Source: Oricola sp.
Lineage (GTDB): Bacteria > Pseudomonadota > Alphaproteobacteria > Rhizobiales > Rhizobiaceae
Direction: 5' to 3'
DNA: 64,000 bases
Assembly (NCBI RefSeq): GCF_022763245.1
Contig: NZ_JALEGV010000041.1
Span: forward strand, 355,223 to 419,222
The notes under the pieces were generated by a model. That model saw nothing but the letters and a program-made list of their open reading frames with translations. It searched no databases and was not told where the DNA came from. Below are positions 9,157 through 19,527 of the stretch, piece by piece; position 1 is the first letter of the stretch; the number at the start of each line of letters is the position of its first letter. Both the position numbers and the translations under genes were made by a program.

Positions 9157-10284
9157 ATGACGAACCCGGACAAGGCCAAGGCGGCGCTGATCGCCGACCT
9201 GATCGCGGAAGGCTTCGACGAAGCGCGCGTGACGCGGGCCGACGCCATCCCGCAGGCGCCGGACCGCTTGCGCGCCTTTCTGGATGCCGGCCACCACGGC
9301 ACCATGGACTGGATGGCCGAGACCGAGGAGCGGCGTGGCGATCCGACAACGCTCTGGCCGCAGGCGCGCTCGGTCGTGCTCGCGGCGATGAATTACGGGC
9401 CGGACGACGGCGACGATCCGCTCGATGCGCTTGACCGGCGCGACCGGGCGACGATCTCCGTCTATGCGCGCCACCGCGACTATCACGATGTCATCAAGGG
9501 AAAGCTGAAGCAGGCCGCCGGGCGTTTCGCGGCGAAGACGGGCGCGCAGGTGAAGGTCTTCATCGACACGGCACCGGTGATGGAAAAGCCGCTTGGTGCC
9601 GCGGCCGGGCTCGGCTGGCAGGGCAAGCACACCAATCTCGTCAGCCGCAGGCTCGGGTCGTGGTTTTTCATCGGCTCGATCTTCACCGACATGGAGCTTC
9701 CGCCGGACGAGCCGGAGATCGACCATTGCGGCTCCTGTCGCGCCTGCCTCGACATCTGCCCGACGGACGCTTTTCCCGCGCCCTACCGGCTCGACGCGCG
9801 GCGCTGCATCTCCTATCTCACCATCGAGCATGCGGGGCCGATTCCGGTCGCGTACCGCAGGCCGATGGGAAATCGCATCTACGGGTGCGACGACTGCCTC
9901 GCGGTCTGCCCGTGGAACAAGTTCGCCAGCGCGGCCTCCGAGGCCAAGTTGAAGGCGCGCGACGACCTCAAGGGCCCGGCGCTTGACGACCTGCTGACGC
10001 TGGACGACGCGGGCTTTCGCGCCCTGTTCTCCGGCTCGCCGATCAAGCGGATCGGCCGCGACCGTTTCCTGCGAAACGTGCTGATCGCGGCGGGCAACAG
10101 CGGCACGGCGGCATTGTCGGAACGGATCGAACCGCTGCTCGGCGATCCGGACCCGGTGGTGCGCGGCGCGGCGGTCTGGGCCTTGCGGGAGGTCGGGGAT
10201 GCCGGCCGCTTCACGGCGCTGCGTGATGCGCGGCTGGCGGAAGAAGACGACGAAACAGTGCAAGAGGAATGGACACGGCCATGA
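9157..10284 (+). CDS. queG: tRNA epoxyqueuosine(34) reductase
   Basis: Two 4Fe-4S ferredoxin motifs ([25 protein letters not shown]) followed by HEAT-like repeats ([11 protein letters not shown]). Start at ATG 9157 ([11 protein letters not shown]). Confidence 0.85.
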   Translation: MTNPDKAKAALIADLIAEGFDEARVTRADAIPQAPDRLRAFLDAGHHGTMDWMAETEERRGDPTTLWPQARSVVLAAMNYGPDDGDDPLDALDRRDRATISVYARHRDYHDVIKGKLKQAAGRFAAKTGAQVKVFIDTAPVMEKPLGAAAGLGWQGKHTNLVSRRLGSWFFIGSIFTDMELPPDEPEIDHCGSCRACLDICPTDAFPAPYRLDARRCISYLTIEHAGPIPVAYRRPMGNRIYGCDDCLAVCPWNKFASAASEAKLKARDDLKGPALDDLLTLDDAGFRALFSGSPIKRIGRDRFLRNVLIAAGNSGTAALSERIEPLLGDPDPVVRGAAVWALREVGDAGRFTALRDARLAEEDDETVQEEWTRP

Positions 10285-11144
10285 AGGTCTTCATTTTCGG
10301 CGCGGGCTTTTCCGGCCGCGCTTTCGGACGGTTGCTGGCCGAGAACGGCGTGACGGTCACGGGAACGACCCGCTCGCCCGAAAAGGCCGCGGCGTTGCGA
10401 GACGAGGGCATCGAACCGTGCCTGTTCGACGGCACGGCGACGCCGCAACTGATCGCGGCGCTGCAGGGAACGACGCATCTCGTCATCTCCATCGCGCCCG
10501 ACGAAGACGGCGATCCCGTGCTCGGCATGTTGCGCAACGCCATCGCCGCGCTGCCGGACCTGCAATGGATCGGCTATCTGTCCACCGTCGGCGTCTACGG
10601 CAATCATGACGGCGCGTGGGTGTCCGAGGAGACGGAATGCCGGCCGGTGTCCCGGCGCTCCGTCCAGCGGCTCGCGGCCGAAACAGCGTGGATCAAATTC
10701 GCTGCCGAGATCCGCAAGCCGCTATCGATCCTGCGGCTTTCGGGCATTTACGGACCGGGGCGCAACGCCTTCGTGAACCTCGAACGGGGCACGGCGAAAC
10801 GGCTGATCAAGCCCGGCCAGGTCTTCAACCGCATCCATGTGGACGACATCGCGGGGGCGCTCGATTTTCTTGCCCGGGGACAAGCAGACGGCATCTACAA
10901 CGTCACCGATGACGAGCCCGCGCCGCCGCAGGATGTTGTCGAATATGCATGTTCTTTAATGAAAGTTGATTTGCCGCCGGCGCTTGACTTCGCGACTGCC
11001 ACACTTTCGCCCATGGCGCGCTCCTTTTACGGCGAGAACAAGCGCGTCTCGAACGCGAAGCTCAAACAGGCCGGGTACGCTTTCGTCCACAGCGACTACA
11101 AGACGGCTCTGACAACCATGTGGACCGAAGGAAATTGGCACTGA
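10269..11144 (+). CDS. NAD-dependent epimerase/dehydratase (SDR) family protein
   Basis: Rossmann motif [12 protein letters not shown] near the N-terminus. It overlaps the queG stop, the usual partner of queG in Rhizobiales. Confidence 0.65.
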   Translation: MDTAMKVFIFGAGFSGRAFGRLLAENGVTVTGTTRSPEKAAALRDEGIEPCLFDGTATPQLIAALQGTTHLVISIAPDEDGDPVLGMLRNAIAALPDLQWIGYLSTVGVYGNHDGAWVSEETECRPVSRRSVQRLAAETAWIKFAAEIRKPLSILRLSGIYGPGRNAFVNLERGTAKRLIKPGQVFNRIHVDDIAGALDFLARGQADGIYNVTDDEPAPPQDVVEYACSLMKVDLPPALDFATATLSPMARSFYGENKRVSNAKLKQAGYAFVHSDYKTALTTMWTEGNWH

Positions 11145-11233
11145 GAGCGGGGAACGCCCGGTCGGAACCATAACGCGCCAGAACGGCCCCGGTTCCATCC
11201 CGACGTCCCCTTGCCAAGCAACGGGGTACTGAA

Positions 11234-11593
11234 TTGAAAACGAGACTTCTTGGCGTGGCCATCGCGGCCGCGACGACTGCCGGCTGTGTGCTTACCGCAA
11301 CCACACCGGCCTCCGCGCAATGCGGAAGCGCGTCCTGGTACGCGCTTCATTCGCGCACCGCTTCGGGCGAGATGATGAACCCGGCGCAGCTGACCGCGGC
11401 GCACAAGACGCTGCCGTTCGGCACCAAGGTCAAGGTCGTCAACAAGTCGACCGGCAAATCGGTGGTGGTGCGCATCAACGACCGCGGCCCCTTCATCAAG
11501 GGCCGGATCATCGACCTGTCCAAGGCCGCCGCAAGCCAGATCGGCATGATCCGCTCCGGCCACGCGCCGGTCTGCATCGCGACCATCAGCTGA
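11234..11593 (+). CDS. RlpA-like double-psi beta-barrel (DPBB) lipoprotein
   Basis: Signal peptide, then [14 protein letters not shown]...[32 protein letters not shown] (DPBB/RlpA fold). Confidence 0.7.
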   Translation: MKTRLLGVAIAAATTAGCVLTATTPASAQCGSASWYALHSRTASGEMMNPAQLTAAHKTLPFGTKVKVVNKSTGKSVVVRINDRGPFIKGRIIDLSKAAASQIGMIRSGHAPVCIATIS

Positions 11594-11664
11594 CGAAAAA
11601 GCCCGCTCACCGGTCGGCAATGCCGGTGAGCGGGCTCAAAGCCTGGCGTCAGCGATGACGCGTA

Positions 11665-13506
11665 TCAGGAATCCGCGCTGCCGCGCGCCTGGTGGACCGC
11701 CTTCAGCGCCCGGTCCAGATAGATGTCGCGATCATAGATGTCGGAGAAATACTCCACCTTGCCTTCGGCCGTCGGCCAGGCGGTGTAGTAGGAAATGAAG
11801 ACCGGCACCTTCTTGGCGACCTTCTCCGCCTTCTCGCCGCCGCCGGCGGCGATCATCGAGCGCACATAATCCTCGCTCTTGCCGAGCACCGCGGCGGCCA
11901 TGGCCTGCGGCTGCTGCAGGCGCACGCAACCGTGGCTGAACGCCCGAACGTCGCGGTCGAACAGGTGCCGCGACGGCGTGTCGTGCATGTAGATCGAGTG
12001 CTTGTTGGGGAAGAGGATCTTCACCTCGCCCAGCGCGTTGCTCGGGCCGGGCTTCTGGCGCACGTCATAGGGCACCTTGCCGGAATAGTTCCACCACTGC
12101 ACGCTGGCCGAGGAGACACGGCGGCCCGACGCGTTGGTGACCTCGTAACCCGCGCGATCGAGATAGCTCGGGTCGCGATAGAGCTTCGGCAGCATCTCGT
12201 TGACGATGATCGACTGCGGCACGCCCCAATAGGGGTTGTAGACCACGGTCTCGACCTCGTCGAAGAAGAAGCTCGTCTGGTTGGACTTCTTGCCGATCAC
12301 CGCCCGCGTGGACAGCTTGTCGACGCCGTTTTCCGTGTAGGTCGCGCGGAAGGCCGGCTGGTTGATCACCACGTGGCGCATGCCGAACTCTTCGGGATGC
12401 CAGCGCAGCCGCTCCATCGCCAGTTCGACGCGTTCGACCTTCGAGGCGTGACCGACGTCGCTCAGATGCGAGATGGTGTTCCGGCCGACGATGCCGTCCG
12501 GCACGAGGCCGTTCTCGCGCTGGAAATCCCTCACCAGTTCGGCGATCGCATGGGTATATTCCTCGCCGCCGAGATATTCGGCGAAGGTCGCGGCATGCTT
12601 GACGCGCGTTTCCTCGCTGACGCGCTTCCTGAGCGCCTTGACGATCAGCGGCAGCGCCGGCTCGGTCTGGCCGACCTTGACGAAGGTGCCGGAGGGGATG
12701 ACGATCTCGTCCACATCCTCGGCCCGCAATGAGGCGAGCTCGCGCTTCAGCGCGGCATATTCTTCCTGGCGCGGCTCGAGCGTCTTCAGCCAGAAGCCGG
12801 GATTCTTCGTCTTCGACAGAATGCCGATCGTCTGTTCGGCGCCGAGGCGCGGCAGCGGGAAATCGTGATAGCCCGACAGCTTGTCCGGAATGACCGCGCC
12901 GTCCTTGACGTCCTGCGCGTAGCGGATCGCGCGCGCCGACAGGGTCATCTCGAAGGCGAGCAGGTCGGCGGTGCGGCCGGCCGGATTGTCCATCGACCAG
13001 CCGTCACGCGGCACGGCGACGGCGTAATCGGCGGCTTCCAGCCCCTGGTCGGCGGCCTTTTCAAGCATGGCGGCGACGGCCTTCGCCTCGTCGGTGACAC
13101 TGTTGCCGCGCGACCAGATGAACTTCGGATTGGCCGCGTAATGCGCCTTCAGCGCGGCGGCGATGTCCTTTTCCATCGTCAGGCTGGTGTCCGGCGCGAG
13201 CGCGGTCGCTTCGGCGAACCGCCGGCTCTCGAAATCGAGGCTCGGCTCGAGCCCGCCCGCCTGCTCGGCTTCGGGCATCAGCGACGCGATCGAAACGGTG
13301 GTCATCGCTTCGGGCTTGTAGGTGTAGTAGCGAGGGCTGGAGACCGTGACGATCTTGGCCGGCGCCGCGCGGCGGACTTCCTCCTGCCGGCGCTCCTCGC
13401 GCTTCTTGCGTCCCCCGCCGAACAGCAATTCGTGCAACTGCACCTGCGCCTGCGACGGCACGGAGAAAACAGGGACCGCAGGAATCGCGATCGCTGCCGT
13501 CAACAT
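11665..13506 (-). CDS. L,D-transpeptidase (YcbB/YkuD family) with peptidoglycan-binding domain
   Basis: Catalytic motif SHGCVRLQ. Signal peptide from Met 13506 (MLTAAIAIPAVPVFSVPSQAQ). ~610 aa. Confidence 0.8.
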   Translation of the reverse strand: MLTAAIAIPAVPVFSVPSQAQVQLHELLFGGGRKKREERRQEEVRRAAPAKIVTVSSPRYYTYKPEAMTTVSIASLMPEAEQAGGLEPSLDFESRRFAEATALAPDTSLTMEKDIAAALKAHYAANPKFIWSRGNSVTDEAKAVAAMLEKAADQGLEAADYAVAVPRDGWSMDNPAGRTADLLAFEMTLSARAIRYAQDVKDGAVIPDKLSGYHDFPLPRLGAEQTIGILSKTKNPGFWLKTLEPRQEEYAALKRELASLRAEDVDEIVIPSGTFVKVGQTEPALPLIVKALRKRVSEETRVKHAATFAEYLGGEEYTHAIAELVRDFQRENGLVPDGIVGRNTISHLSDVGHASKVERVELAMERLRWHPEEFGMRHVVINQPAFRATYTENGVDKLSTRAVIGKKSNQTSFFFDEVETVVYNPYWGVPQSIIVNEMLPKLYRDPSYLDRAGYEVTNASGRRVSSASVQWWNYSGKVPYDVRQKPGPSNALGEVKILFPNKHSIYMHDTPSRHLFDRDVRAFSHGCVRLQQPQAMAAAVLGKSEDYVRSMIAAGGGEKAEKVAKKVPVFISYYTAWPTAEGKVEYFSDIYDRDIYLDRALKAVHQARGSADS

Positions 13507-13709
13507 CAAATTCAAAATACGTTTGGAAATCACGGCAAACTCCGCTTCGTTCGCTTTCCTGCCCCGACGGCACGGACAATACCCAACCGATCGTGGTTTA
13601 TAAAGAGTGAGCCGCGCGACAATCGCGATCACGTTTTCGACAACAACCCGTCACGCCGGCGCGTCGATTGGCATGGACGCGCCATGCGGTGCACGCTATG
13701 GCTTGGCCC

Positions 13710-16631
13710 ATGAACAAAGACGATCACGTGTTCCTTGTCGATGGGTCAGCCTATATTTTTCGGGCTTTTCACGCGCTTCCGCCGCTGACCCGCAAATCCG
13801 ACGGCCTTCCGGTCGGCGCCGTCGCCGGCTTCTGCAACATGCTCTGGAAACTGCTGCAGGACGCGCGCGACACCGAAGTCGGCGTCACGCCGACGCATTT
13901 CGCGGTGATCTTCGACTATTCCTCCAAGACGTTCCGCAAGGAGCTCTACCCCGAATACAAGGCGAATCGCTCCGAGCCGCCGGAGGATCTGATCCCGCAA
14001 TTCGGCCTGATTCGCGAGGCGACGCGCGCCTTCAACCTGCCGTGCATCGAGGTCGAGGGCTTCGAGGCCGACGACATCATCGCGACCTATGCCCGCCAGG
14101 CCGAGGCCGTCGGCGCGCATACGACGATCATCTCGTCGGACAAGGACCTGATGCAGCTCGTCTCCGACCATGTGTCGATGTACGATTCGATGAAGGACAA
14201 GCAGATCGGCATCGCCGAAGTGATCGAGAAATTCGGCGTCGGGCCGGAAAAGATGATCGACCTGCAGGCGCTGAACGGGGATTCCACCGACAACGTGCCG
14301 GGCGTGCCGGGCATCGGCCCGAAGACCGCGGCACAGCTGCTGGAGGAATATGGCGACCTCGACACGCTCCTGGAGCGCGCGTCGGAGATCAAGCAGAACA
14401 AGCGGCGCGAGAACCTGATCGAATTCGCCGACCAGGCGCGGCTGTCGCGCGAACTCGTCACCCTGCGCACCGACACGCCGCTCGACATCGATCTCGACGG
14501 GCTGAAGCTGGAGCCGCAGGACGGGCCGAAGCTGATCGCCTTCCTCAAGGCGATGGAATTCAACACGCTGACGCGCCGGGTGGCCGAAGCGGTCGGCGCC
14601 GATGCGAGCGAAGTGGAGGCGGCCGAAGTCGCGGTCGAGGCCGGCGCGAAGGCCCATGGTCCCGATCTGGACGAGGGCTCGGCACCGGAGCCTGACGCCG
14701 GCGGCGCGGACGAGACCGGCGATGACGCGCTGACGCCTGCCGCCTTTGCCGCCGCGCGCGCGAAAGCCGCGGCCACCGCGAAATTCGACACCGACGCTTA
14801 TGTCTGCATCCGCGATGTCGAGACGCTCGACGCGTGGGTCGCGCGGGCGCGCGAAGCCGGCGTCGTCGCTTTCGACACCGAGACGAACTCGCTCGACGCG
14901 ATGCAGGCCGAGCTGGCCGGCTTCTCGCTGTGTTCCACGCCGGGAGAAGCGGCCTATGTGCCGCTCAACCACAAATCCGGAAATGGCGACCTTCTGGGCG
15001 GCGGCCTGGTGGAAGACCAGATCCCGATCGACGATGCTTTGAGTCGGCTAAAGGAATTGCTGGAAGACCCCGCCATCCTCGTCGTCGGCCAGAACATCAA
15101 GTATGACTGGCTGGTGATGAGCCGCTACGGCATCGAGATCGCTTCGCTCGACGACACGATGCTGCTCTCCTATGTCGTTGACGCCGGCACGGGCACGCAC
15201 GGCATGGATTCGCTGGCGGAGCGCTGGCTCGGCCACACGCCGATCGCCTACAAGGACATCGCGGGAACCGGCAAGAAGGCCCTGACCTTCGACATGATCG
15301 AGCTGGCGACCGCGACGCGCTACGCCGCCGAGGACGCCGACATCACGCTGCGGCTCTGGCAGGCGCTGAAGCCGCAAGTGCTCGCCAAGGGCCTGACGAC
15401 CATCCACGAGCGGCTGGAGCGGCCGCTGGTCTCGGTGCTGGCCCGGATGGAGGCACGCGGAATCTCCGTGGACCGGCAAATCCTTAGCCGGCTATCGGGC
15501 GAGTTCGCGCAGAAGGCTGCAGCCATCGAGGACGAGATCTACGAGCTCGCCGGCGAGAAGTTCAATGTCGGTTCGCCCAAGCAGCTCGGCGAAATCCTGT
15601 TCGGCAAGATGGGCCTGCCCGGCGGCACCAAGACGAAGTCGGGACAATGGGCCACCGGGGCGCAGCTTCTCGAGGATCTGGCCGCCGAAGGGCACGAATT
15701 GCCGCGCCGCATCGTCGATTGGCGGCAGCTCACCAAGCTGAAATCCACCTATACGGACGCGCTGCCGGGCTACATCCGTCCCGAGACGAAGCGGGTGCAC
15801 ACGTCCTATTCGCTTGCCGCGACCACCACGGGCCGGCTCTCCTCGTCGGAACCGAACCTGCAGAACATCCCGGTTCGCACGGCGGAAGGCCGGCGCATCC
15901 GCACCGCCTTCGTTGCCGAAAAGGGCAACAAGCTCATTTCGGCCGACTACAGCCAGATCGAGCTGCGCGTGCTTGCCCATGTCGCCGACATCGCGCAGCT
16001 GAAACAGGCCTTCGCCGACGGCGTCGACATCCATGCGCTGACCGCCTCTGAAATGTTCGGCGTGCCGGTGGAAGGCATGCCGTCCGAGGTGCGGCGGCGT
16101 GCCAAGGCGATCAATTTCGGCATCATCTACGGCATCTCCGCCTTCGGCCTGGCCAATCAGCTCGGCATCCCGCGATCGGAAGCCGGCGACTACATCAAGA
16201 CCTATTTCGAGCGCTTCCCCGGCATCAAGGACTACATGGACGCGACCAAGGCGTTCGCGCGCGAGAACGGCTATGTCGAGACCATCTTCGGCCGCCGGGC
16301 GCATTACCCGGAGATCAAGTCCTCCAATCCGCAGGTGCGGGCCTTCAACGAGCGCGCGGCGATCAACGCGCCGATCCAGGGATCGGCCGCCGACATCATC
16401 CGCCGTGCCATGATTCGCATGGAAGAGGCGCTCGGCGGTGCGAAGCTGTCGGCGCGGATGCTCCTGCAGGTGCATGACGAACTGATCTTCGAGGCGCCCG
16501 AGGGTGAAGTCGACGACACGATCGCGGTCGTGCGCAAGGTCATGGAAAACGCCGCGCTGCCGGCGATCCAGATGGCGGTGCCGCTGCATGTCGACGCGTC
16601 GGCGGCGGACAATTGGGACGAGGCGCATTAG
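13710..16631 (+). CDS. polA: DNA polymerase I
   Basis: 5'-3' exonuclease, 3'-5' exonuclease and polymerase palm motifs (DYSQIELRVLAH, QVHDELIFE). 973 aa from Met 13710. Confidence 0.95.
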   Translation: MNKDDHVFLVDGSAYIFRAFHALPPLTRKSDGLPVGAVAGFCNMLWKLLQDARDTEVGVTPTHFAVIFDYSSKTFRKELYPEYKANRSEPPEDLIPQFGLIREATRAFNLPCIEVEGFEADDIIATYARQAEAVGAHTTIISSDKDLMQLVSDHVSMYDSMKDKQIGIAEVIEKFGVGPEKMIDLQALNGDSTDNVPGVPGIGPKTAAQLLEEYGDLDTLLERASEIKQNKRRENLIEFADQARLSRELVTLRTDTPLDIDLDGLKLEPQDGPKLIAFLKAMEFNTLTRRVAEAVGADASEVEAAEVAVEAGAKAHGPDLDEGSAPEPDAGGADETGDDALTPAAFAAARAKAAATAKFDTDAYVCIRDVETLDAWVARAREAGVVAFDTETNSLDAMQAELAGFSLCSTPGEAAYVPLNHKSGNGDLLGGGLVEDQIPIDDALSRLKELLEDPAILVVGQNIKYDWLVMSRYGIEIASLDDTMLLSYVVDAGTGTHGMDSLAERWLGHTPIAYKDIAGTGKKALTFDMIELATATRYAAEDADITLRLWQALKPQVLAKGLTTIHERLERPLVSVLARMEARGISVDRQILSRLSGEFAQKAAAIEDEIYELAGEKFNVGSPKQLGEILFGKMGLPGGTKTKSGQWATGAQLLEDLAAEGHELPRRIVDWRQLTKLKSTYTDALPGYIRPETKRVHTSYSLAATTTGRLSSSEPNLQNIPVRTAEGRRIRTAFVAEKGNKLISADYSQIELRVLAHVADIAQLKQAFADGVDIHALTASEMFGVPVEGMPSEVRRRAKAINFGIIYGISAFGLANQLGIPRSEAGDYIKTYFERFPGIKDYMDATKAFARENGYVETIFGRRAHYPEIKSSNPQVRAFNERAAINAPIQGSAADIIRRAMIRMEEALGGAKLSARMLLQVHDELIFEAPEGEVDDTIAVVRKVMENAALPAIQMAVPLHVDASAADNWDEAH

Positions 16632-16632
16632 C

Positions 16633-17307
16633 GTGTCCGGGCCGAACCCGCAGGACGATCTGCTTGCGGTTCTGACCGGCGATATCGTGCGCTCGTCCGC
16701 CCTGACCGCGGATGAGCTGGGCGCCGTCATGACGACGGTCAGGACCGGCACCGAGACCTTTGGGGCGCTCTATCCGGGCAGCGTCATCGGCGAGGCCGAC
16801 ATCTTTCGCGGCGATTCCTGGCAGGTCGCGATGGCCCGTCCGGGCCTGTCCCTGCGCCTGGCGGTCTATCTGCGTGCCGGCGTCGTCGCCGGCGGTCTGA
16901 CCGACACGCGCGTCTCGATCGGGATCGGGTCTGAGAACGCGGTGTCCGCGGACCGGATCTCGCAATCAACCGGCAAGGCTTTCCTCTCCTCCGGCCGTGG
17001 GCTGGACGATATCGGTGGCCGCCAGATGGCCCTCGCGATGCCCGACGCGCAGTCCGATACGCAGGCGCTGGCGGCGGGCCTCGTCCTGCTCATTGACCAC
17101 CTTGTGACGTCCTGGACCGTCAAGCAGGCCGGCGCGGTGCGCGACATGCTCGAGAACCCCGGCAAGCCGGATGCGGACATCGTCAATGCCCGCCTGTCGG
17201 ACAGCGACCGGCGCAACTTCGCCAAGTTGCGGAACCGCGCGCATGCGTCGCTGCTTCTCGACGTGCTCGACGCTTTCGAAGGCCTGACCTGCTGGAGCGA
17301 CTCGTGA
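16633..17307 (+). CDS. SatD-like protein (putative degenerate nucleotidyl-cyclase-like fold)
   Basis: GTG start 1 nt after the polA stop. The motifs LAVLTGDIVRSSAL / ADIFRGDSWQVAM / TRVSIGIGSE recall the metal-binding strands of cyclase/GGDEF palm domains. It is followed by a DUF3307 gene, as in the satD-satE pair of Streptococcus. Confidence 0.45.
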   Translation: MSGPNPQDDLLAVLTGDIVRSSALTADELGAVMTTVRTGTETFGALYPGSVIGEADIFRGDSWQVAMARPGLSLRLAVYLRAGVVAGGLTDTRVSIGIGSENAVSADRISQSTGKAFLSSGRGLDDIGGRQMALAMPDAQSDTQALAAGLVLLIDHLVTSWTVKQAGAVRDMLENPGKPDADIVNARLSDSDRRNFAKLRNRAHASLLLDVLDAFEGLTCWSDS

Positions 17308-17355
17308 GGCCTTGCGTCTCGGGCGTCTGGCGGAAAGGCGGTCCAACATCATTTT

Positions 17356-17402
17356 GGAACCGAAAGCGGTTCCTATCTAAAAAAGGAACCGAAATCGGTT
17401 CC
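17356..17402. promoter_or_regulatory. two tandem 18-bp palindromes GGAACCGAAAGCGGTTCC / GGAACCGAAATCGGTTCC, 11 bp apart
   Basis: Read directly from the sequence: 7-4-7 inverted repeats at 17356-17373 and 17385-17402. They lie 37 bp upstream of the DUF3307 start codon. Confidence 0.4.
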
Positions 17403-17438
17403 AGATGCCAGCAGGTTAGCGCATAAGGGGCGCATCGG

Positions 17439-18158
17439 ATGATCGAGACCTTCACGATACTGCTTCTGGCGCATCTGCTGGCCGATTTCGTGTTCCAGCC
17501 GGAACGCTTCGCCAAGCGCAAGGGGGAGGTCGGCGTCCTGACGGTGCACATCGCCATCGTCACCGTGACCGCGTTTCTTGCGCTCGGCTATTTCGCACCG
17601 ATGATCCTGGTTCCGATCGCTGTCACGCACTTCGTCATCGACCTGACCAAGTCCCGTCTCGGAACCTTCAATCTGAGATGGTTCCTGGGAGATCAGGGCG
17701 CCCATATCGCGGTGGTCGCCGCCGTGTCGATCCTGGCGCCGGCCGACCTGTCGAAATCGTTGATCTACGTGCATCTGAACGCGGCCGAGCTAGCGTCGAC
17801 ATTGTCGGCGATGATGCTCGGCTCGGGCTTCATCCTCGCCGTGCTGGCGGGAACCTACGGGGTGGAGCTCTTCGTGAAGCCCCATGCCGACACGCTTGGA
17901 GACGCCCTGAACGGGCTGCCCAAGGGCGGTCGCGTCATCGGGCAACTGGAGCGCTTTCTCGTCTTCATATTCTCCGTCACGCACAACCCGGCGGGGATCG
18001 GCTTCCTGATCGCCGCCAAGTCGATCCTGCGCTTCGGCGACATTTCCAATCACAGCCAGCGCAAGGTCGCCGAATACGTCATCATCGGAACGCTGTGCAG
18101 CTTCTCCTGGGCCATCGGCTTCAGCCAGCTCGCCATGTGGGCTGCCGGGCTGTTCTAG
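17439..18158 (+). CDS. DUF3307 (SatE-like) integral membrane protein
   Basis: N-terminal motif LLLAHLLADFVFQ is characteristic of DUF3307. Multiple hydrophobic TM segments. 239 aa. Confidence 0.6.
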   Translation: MIETFTILLLAHLLADFVFQPERFAKRKGEVGVLTVHIAIVTVTAFLALGYFAPMILVPIAVTHFVIDLTKSRLGTFNLRWFLGDQGAHIAVVAAVSILAPADLSKSLIYVHLNAAELASTLSAMMLGSGFILAVLAGTYGVELFVKPHADTLGDALNGLPKGGRVIGQLERFLVFIFSVTHNPAGIGFLIAAKSILRFGDISNHSQRKVAEYVIIGTLCSFSWAIGFSQLAMWAAGLF

Positions 18159-18162
18159 GGTC

Positions 18163-19059
18163 TCAGGCGCACATCTCGTCGAAACAGGCTGTAACGTGAT
18201 CGGCGACCGCGCTTGAGCAGCAGCCGGCGTTTTCCTTCACCCGCATGCGGATCTGGTAGGTGCCGAGCGGCGGCAGCCCCTGTTTCTCGCCGAGCGCGAT
18301 CAGCGGCTCCGCGATGAAGCTCTTCGGGAAGGGCGCGATCGCGAGGTCGGACACGATCGCCGCGAACTGGGCCTGCGTGTGCGGGGTCATGTAGGCGGTG
18401 CGGTAGCTGCGCCCGATTTCGCTGAGCGCGCGCACCGCGTCGGCGCGCCACGGGCAGCTTTCCGACCACATGGACAGGGGCAGCGGCTCGCGCTCCCAGG
18501 CGCAGCCGCCCTTGACGCCGGCCCAGACGAGATCCTCCTCCAGCAGCACCTGCGCGCCGTCCTCCAGCCCGTCGGAGTGGGCGGTATAGACCATGACGTC
18601 GAGTTGCCCGTTCTCGAACCGCTTCGTCAGCAATTCGCTGGTCTCGATGATGACGTTGACCTGGACATTCGGATGGGTCTCGGCGAAGCGCTTGAGCACC
18701 TGCGGCATGATGCGCTCGCCATAGTCGTCCGGCGCGCCGAGGCAGACCGTGCCTTCCATCTCCGGCATCACGAAGCGCGCCATCATCTCGTTCGACAGCG
18801 CCAGGATGCGTCGCGCATAACCGACCAGCATCTCGCCGCCGGCCGTCAGCTTCACGGACCGCGAGTCGCGCGCGAAGACCGAGGTGCCCAGGGCCTCCTC
18901 CAACTTCTTCACCTGCATCGACACCGCCGACGGAGTCCGAAACACACGCTCCGCCGCCTTGGAGAAGCTGCCTGTGTCCGCGATAGCGAGAAAGGTGCGC
19001 AGCAGATCAATGTCGACCGGCGTCTGGACGAGGGCCGGCTTCGCGTTCGGAGCATTCAT
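18163..19059 (-). CDS. LysR-family transcriptional regulator
   Basis: N-terminal HTH (LLRTFLAIADTGSFSKAAERVFRTPSAVSMQVKKLEEALG) plus a LysR substrate-binding domain. Confidence 0.85.
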   Translation of the reverse strand: MNAPNAKPALVQTPVDIDLLRTFLAIADTGSFSKAAERVFRTPSAVSMQVKKLEEALGTSVFARDSRSVKLTAGGEMLVGYARRILALSNEMMARFVMPEMEGTVCLGAPDDYGERIMPQVLKRFAETHPNVQVNVIIETSELLTKRFENGQLDVMVYTAHSDGLEDGAQVLLEEDLVWAGVKGGCAWEREPLPLSMWSESCPWRADAVRALSEIGRSYRTAYMTPHTQAQFAAIVSDLAIAPFPKSFIAEPLIALGEKQGLPPLGTYQIRMRVKENAGCCSSAVADHVTACFDEMCA

Positions 19060-19094
19060 GCATTCGCCTCACTTCAAGAAAACTGAATGAACAT

Positions 19095-19114
19095 ATCAAA
19101 TCTATTCGTTTGAT
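19095..19114. promoter_or_regulatory. LysR-type inverted repeat ATCAAA-N8-TTTGAT in the LysR/DUF1127 divergent intergenic region
   Basis: The sequence atcaaatctattcgtttgat is a 6-8-6 palindrome of the T-N11-A type. It sits between the divergent LysR and DUF1127 genes. Confidence 0.35.
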
Positions 19115-19197
19115 TGAAGCAAACTTCGTGGCCATTGTCCAGTCCATGGCGGAACACATGACGAAACGCCGCCGCAACACAGGAAAGGAATTGGACA

Positions 19198-19497
19198 ATG
19201 ACCACGATCGAATCATTCCATGGGCACGATGACGCCCGCTCGGGGCGCGCCGTCGCTGGGCGTATCATGGGAGTTCTCGCACAGGCCGCGCTTGTCATCC
19301 CGCGGGCGCTCGTCCGCTGGCAGCGCCAGCGCCGCGACAGGGCCGCCTTCATGACGCTGCTCGGCAAGGATGAGTGGGTCTATCGCGATCTCGGCATCAG
19401 CCGCGGCGACGTGGAATGGGCGGCCCGCCTGCCGATGCACCAGAACGCTGCCCGCGAAGTCGACAAGATCCGCGCCCAGCGTCGGCAGAGCTGGTAA
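19198..19497 (+). CDS. DUF1127 small protein (second copy)
   Basis: C-terminal DEWVYRDLGISRGDVEWAARLP is the DUF1127 signature. Divergent from the LysR regulator. Confidence 0.7.
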   Translation: MTTIESFHGHDDARSGRAVAGRIMGVLAQAALVIPRALVRWQRQRRDRAAFMTLLGKDEWVYRDLGISRGDVEWAARLPMHQNAAREVDKIRAQRRQSW

Positions 19498-19527
19498 TGC
19501 GGACGGCTGAAAGGCGAGCGGCCGGGG

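Noticed and set aside
17356-17402. Reading the twin GGAACCG...CGGTTCC palindromes as Rho-independent terminators
   Set aside because: On the plus strand the hairpins are followed by an A-run, not a T-run. The T-run exists only for a minus-strand transcript that no annotated gene would produce. The 7-bp stems are also modest. An operator role is more plausible, though not proven.
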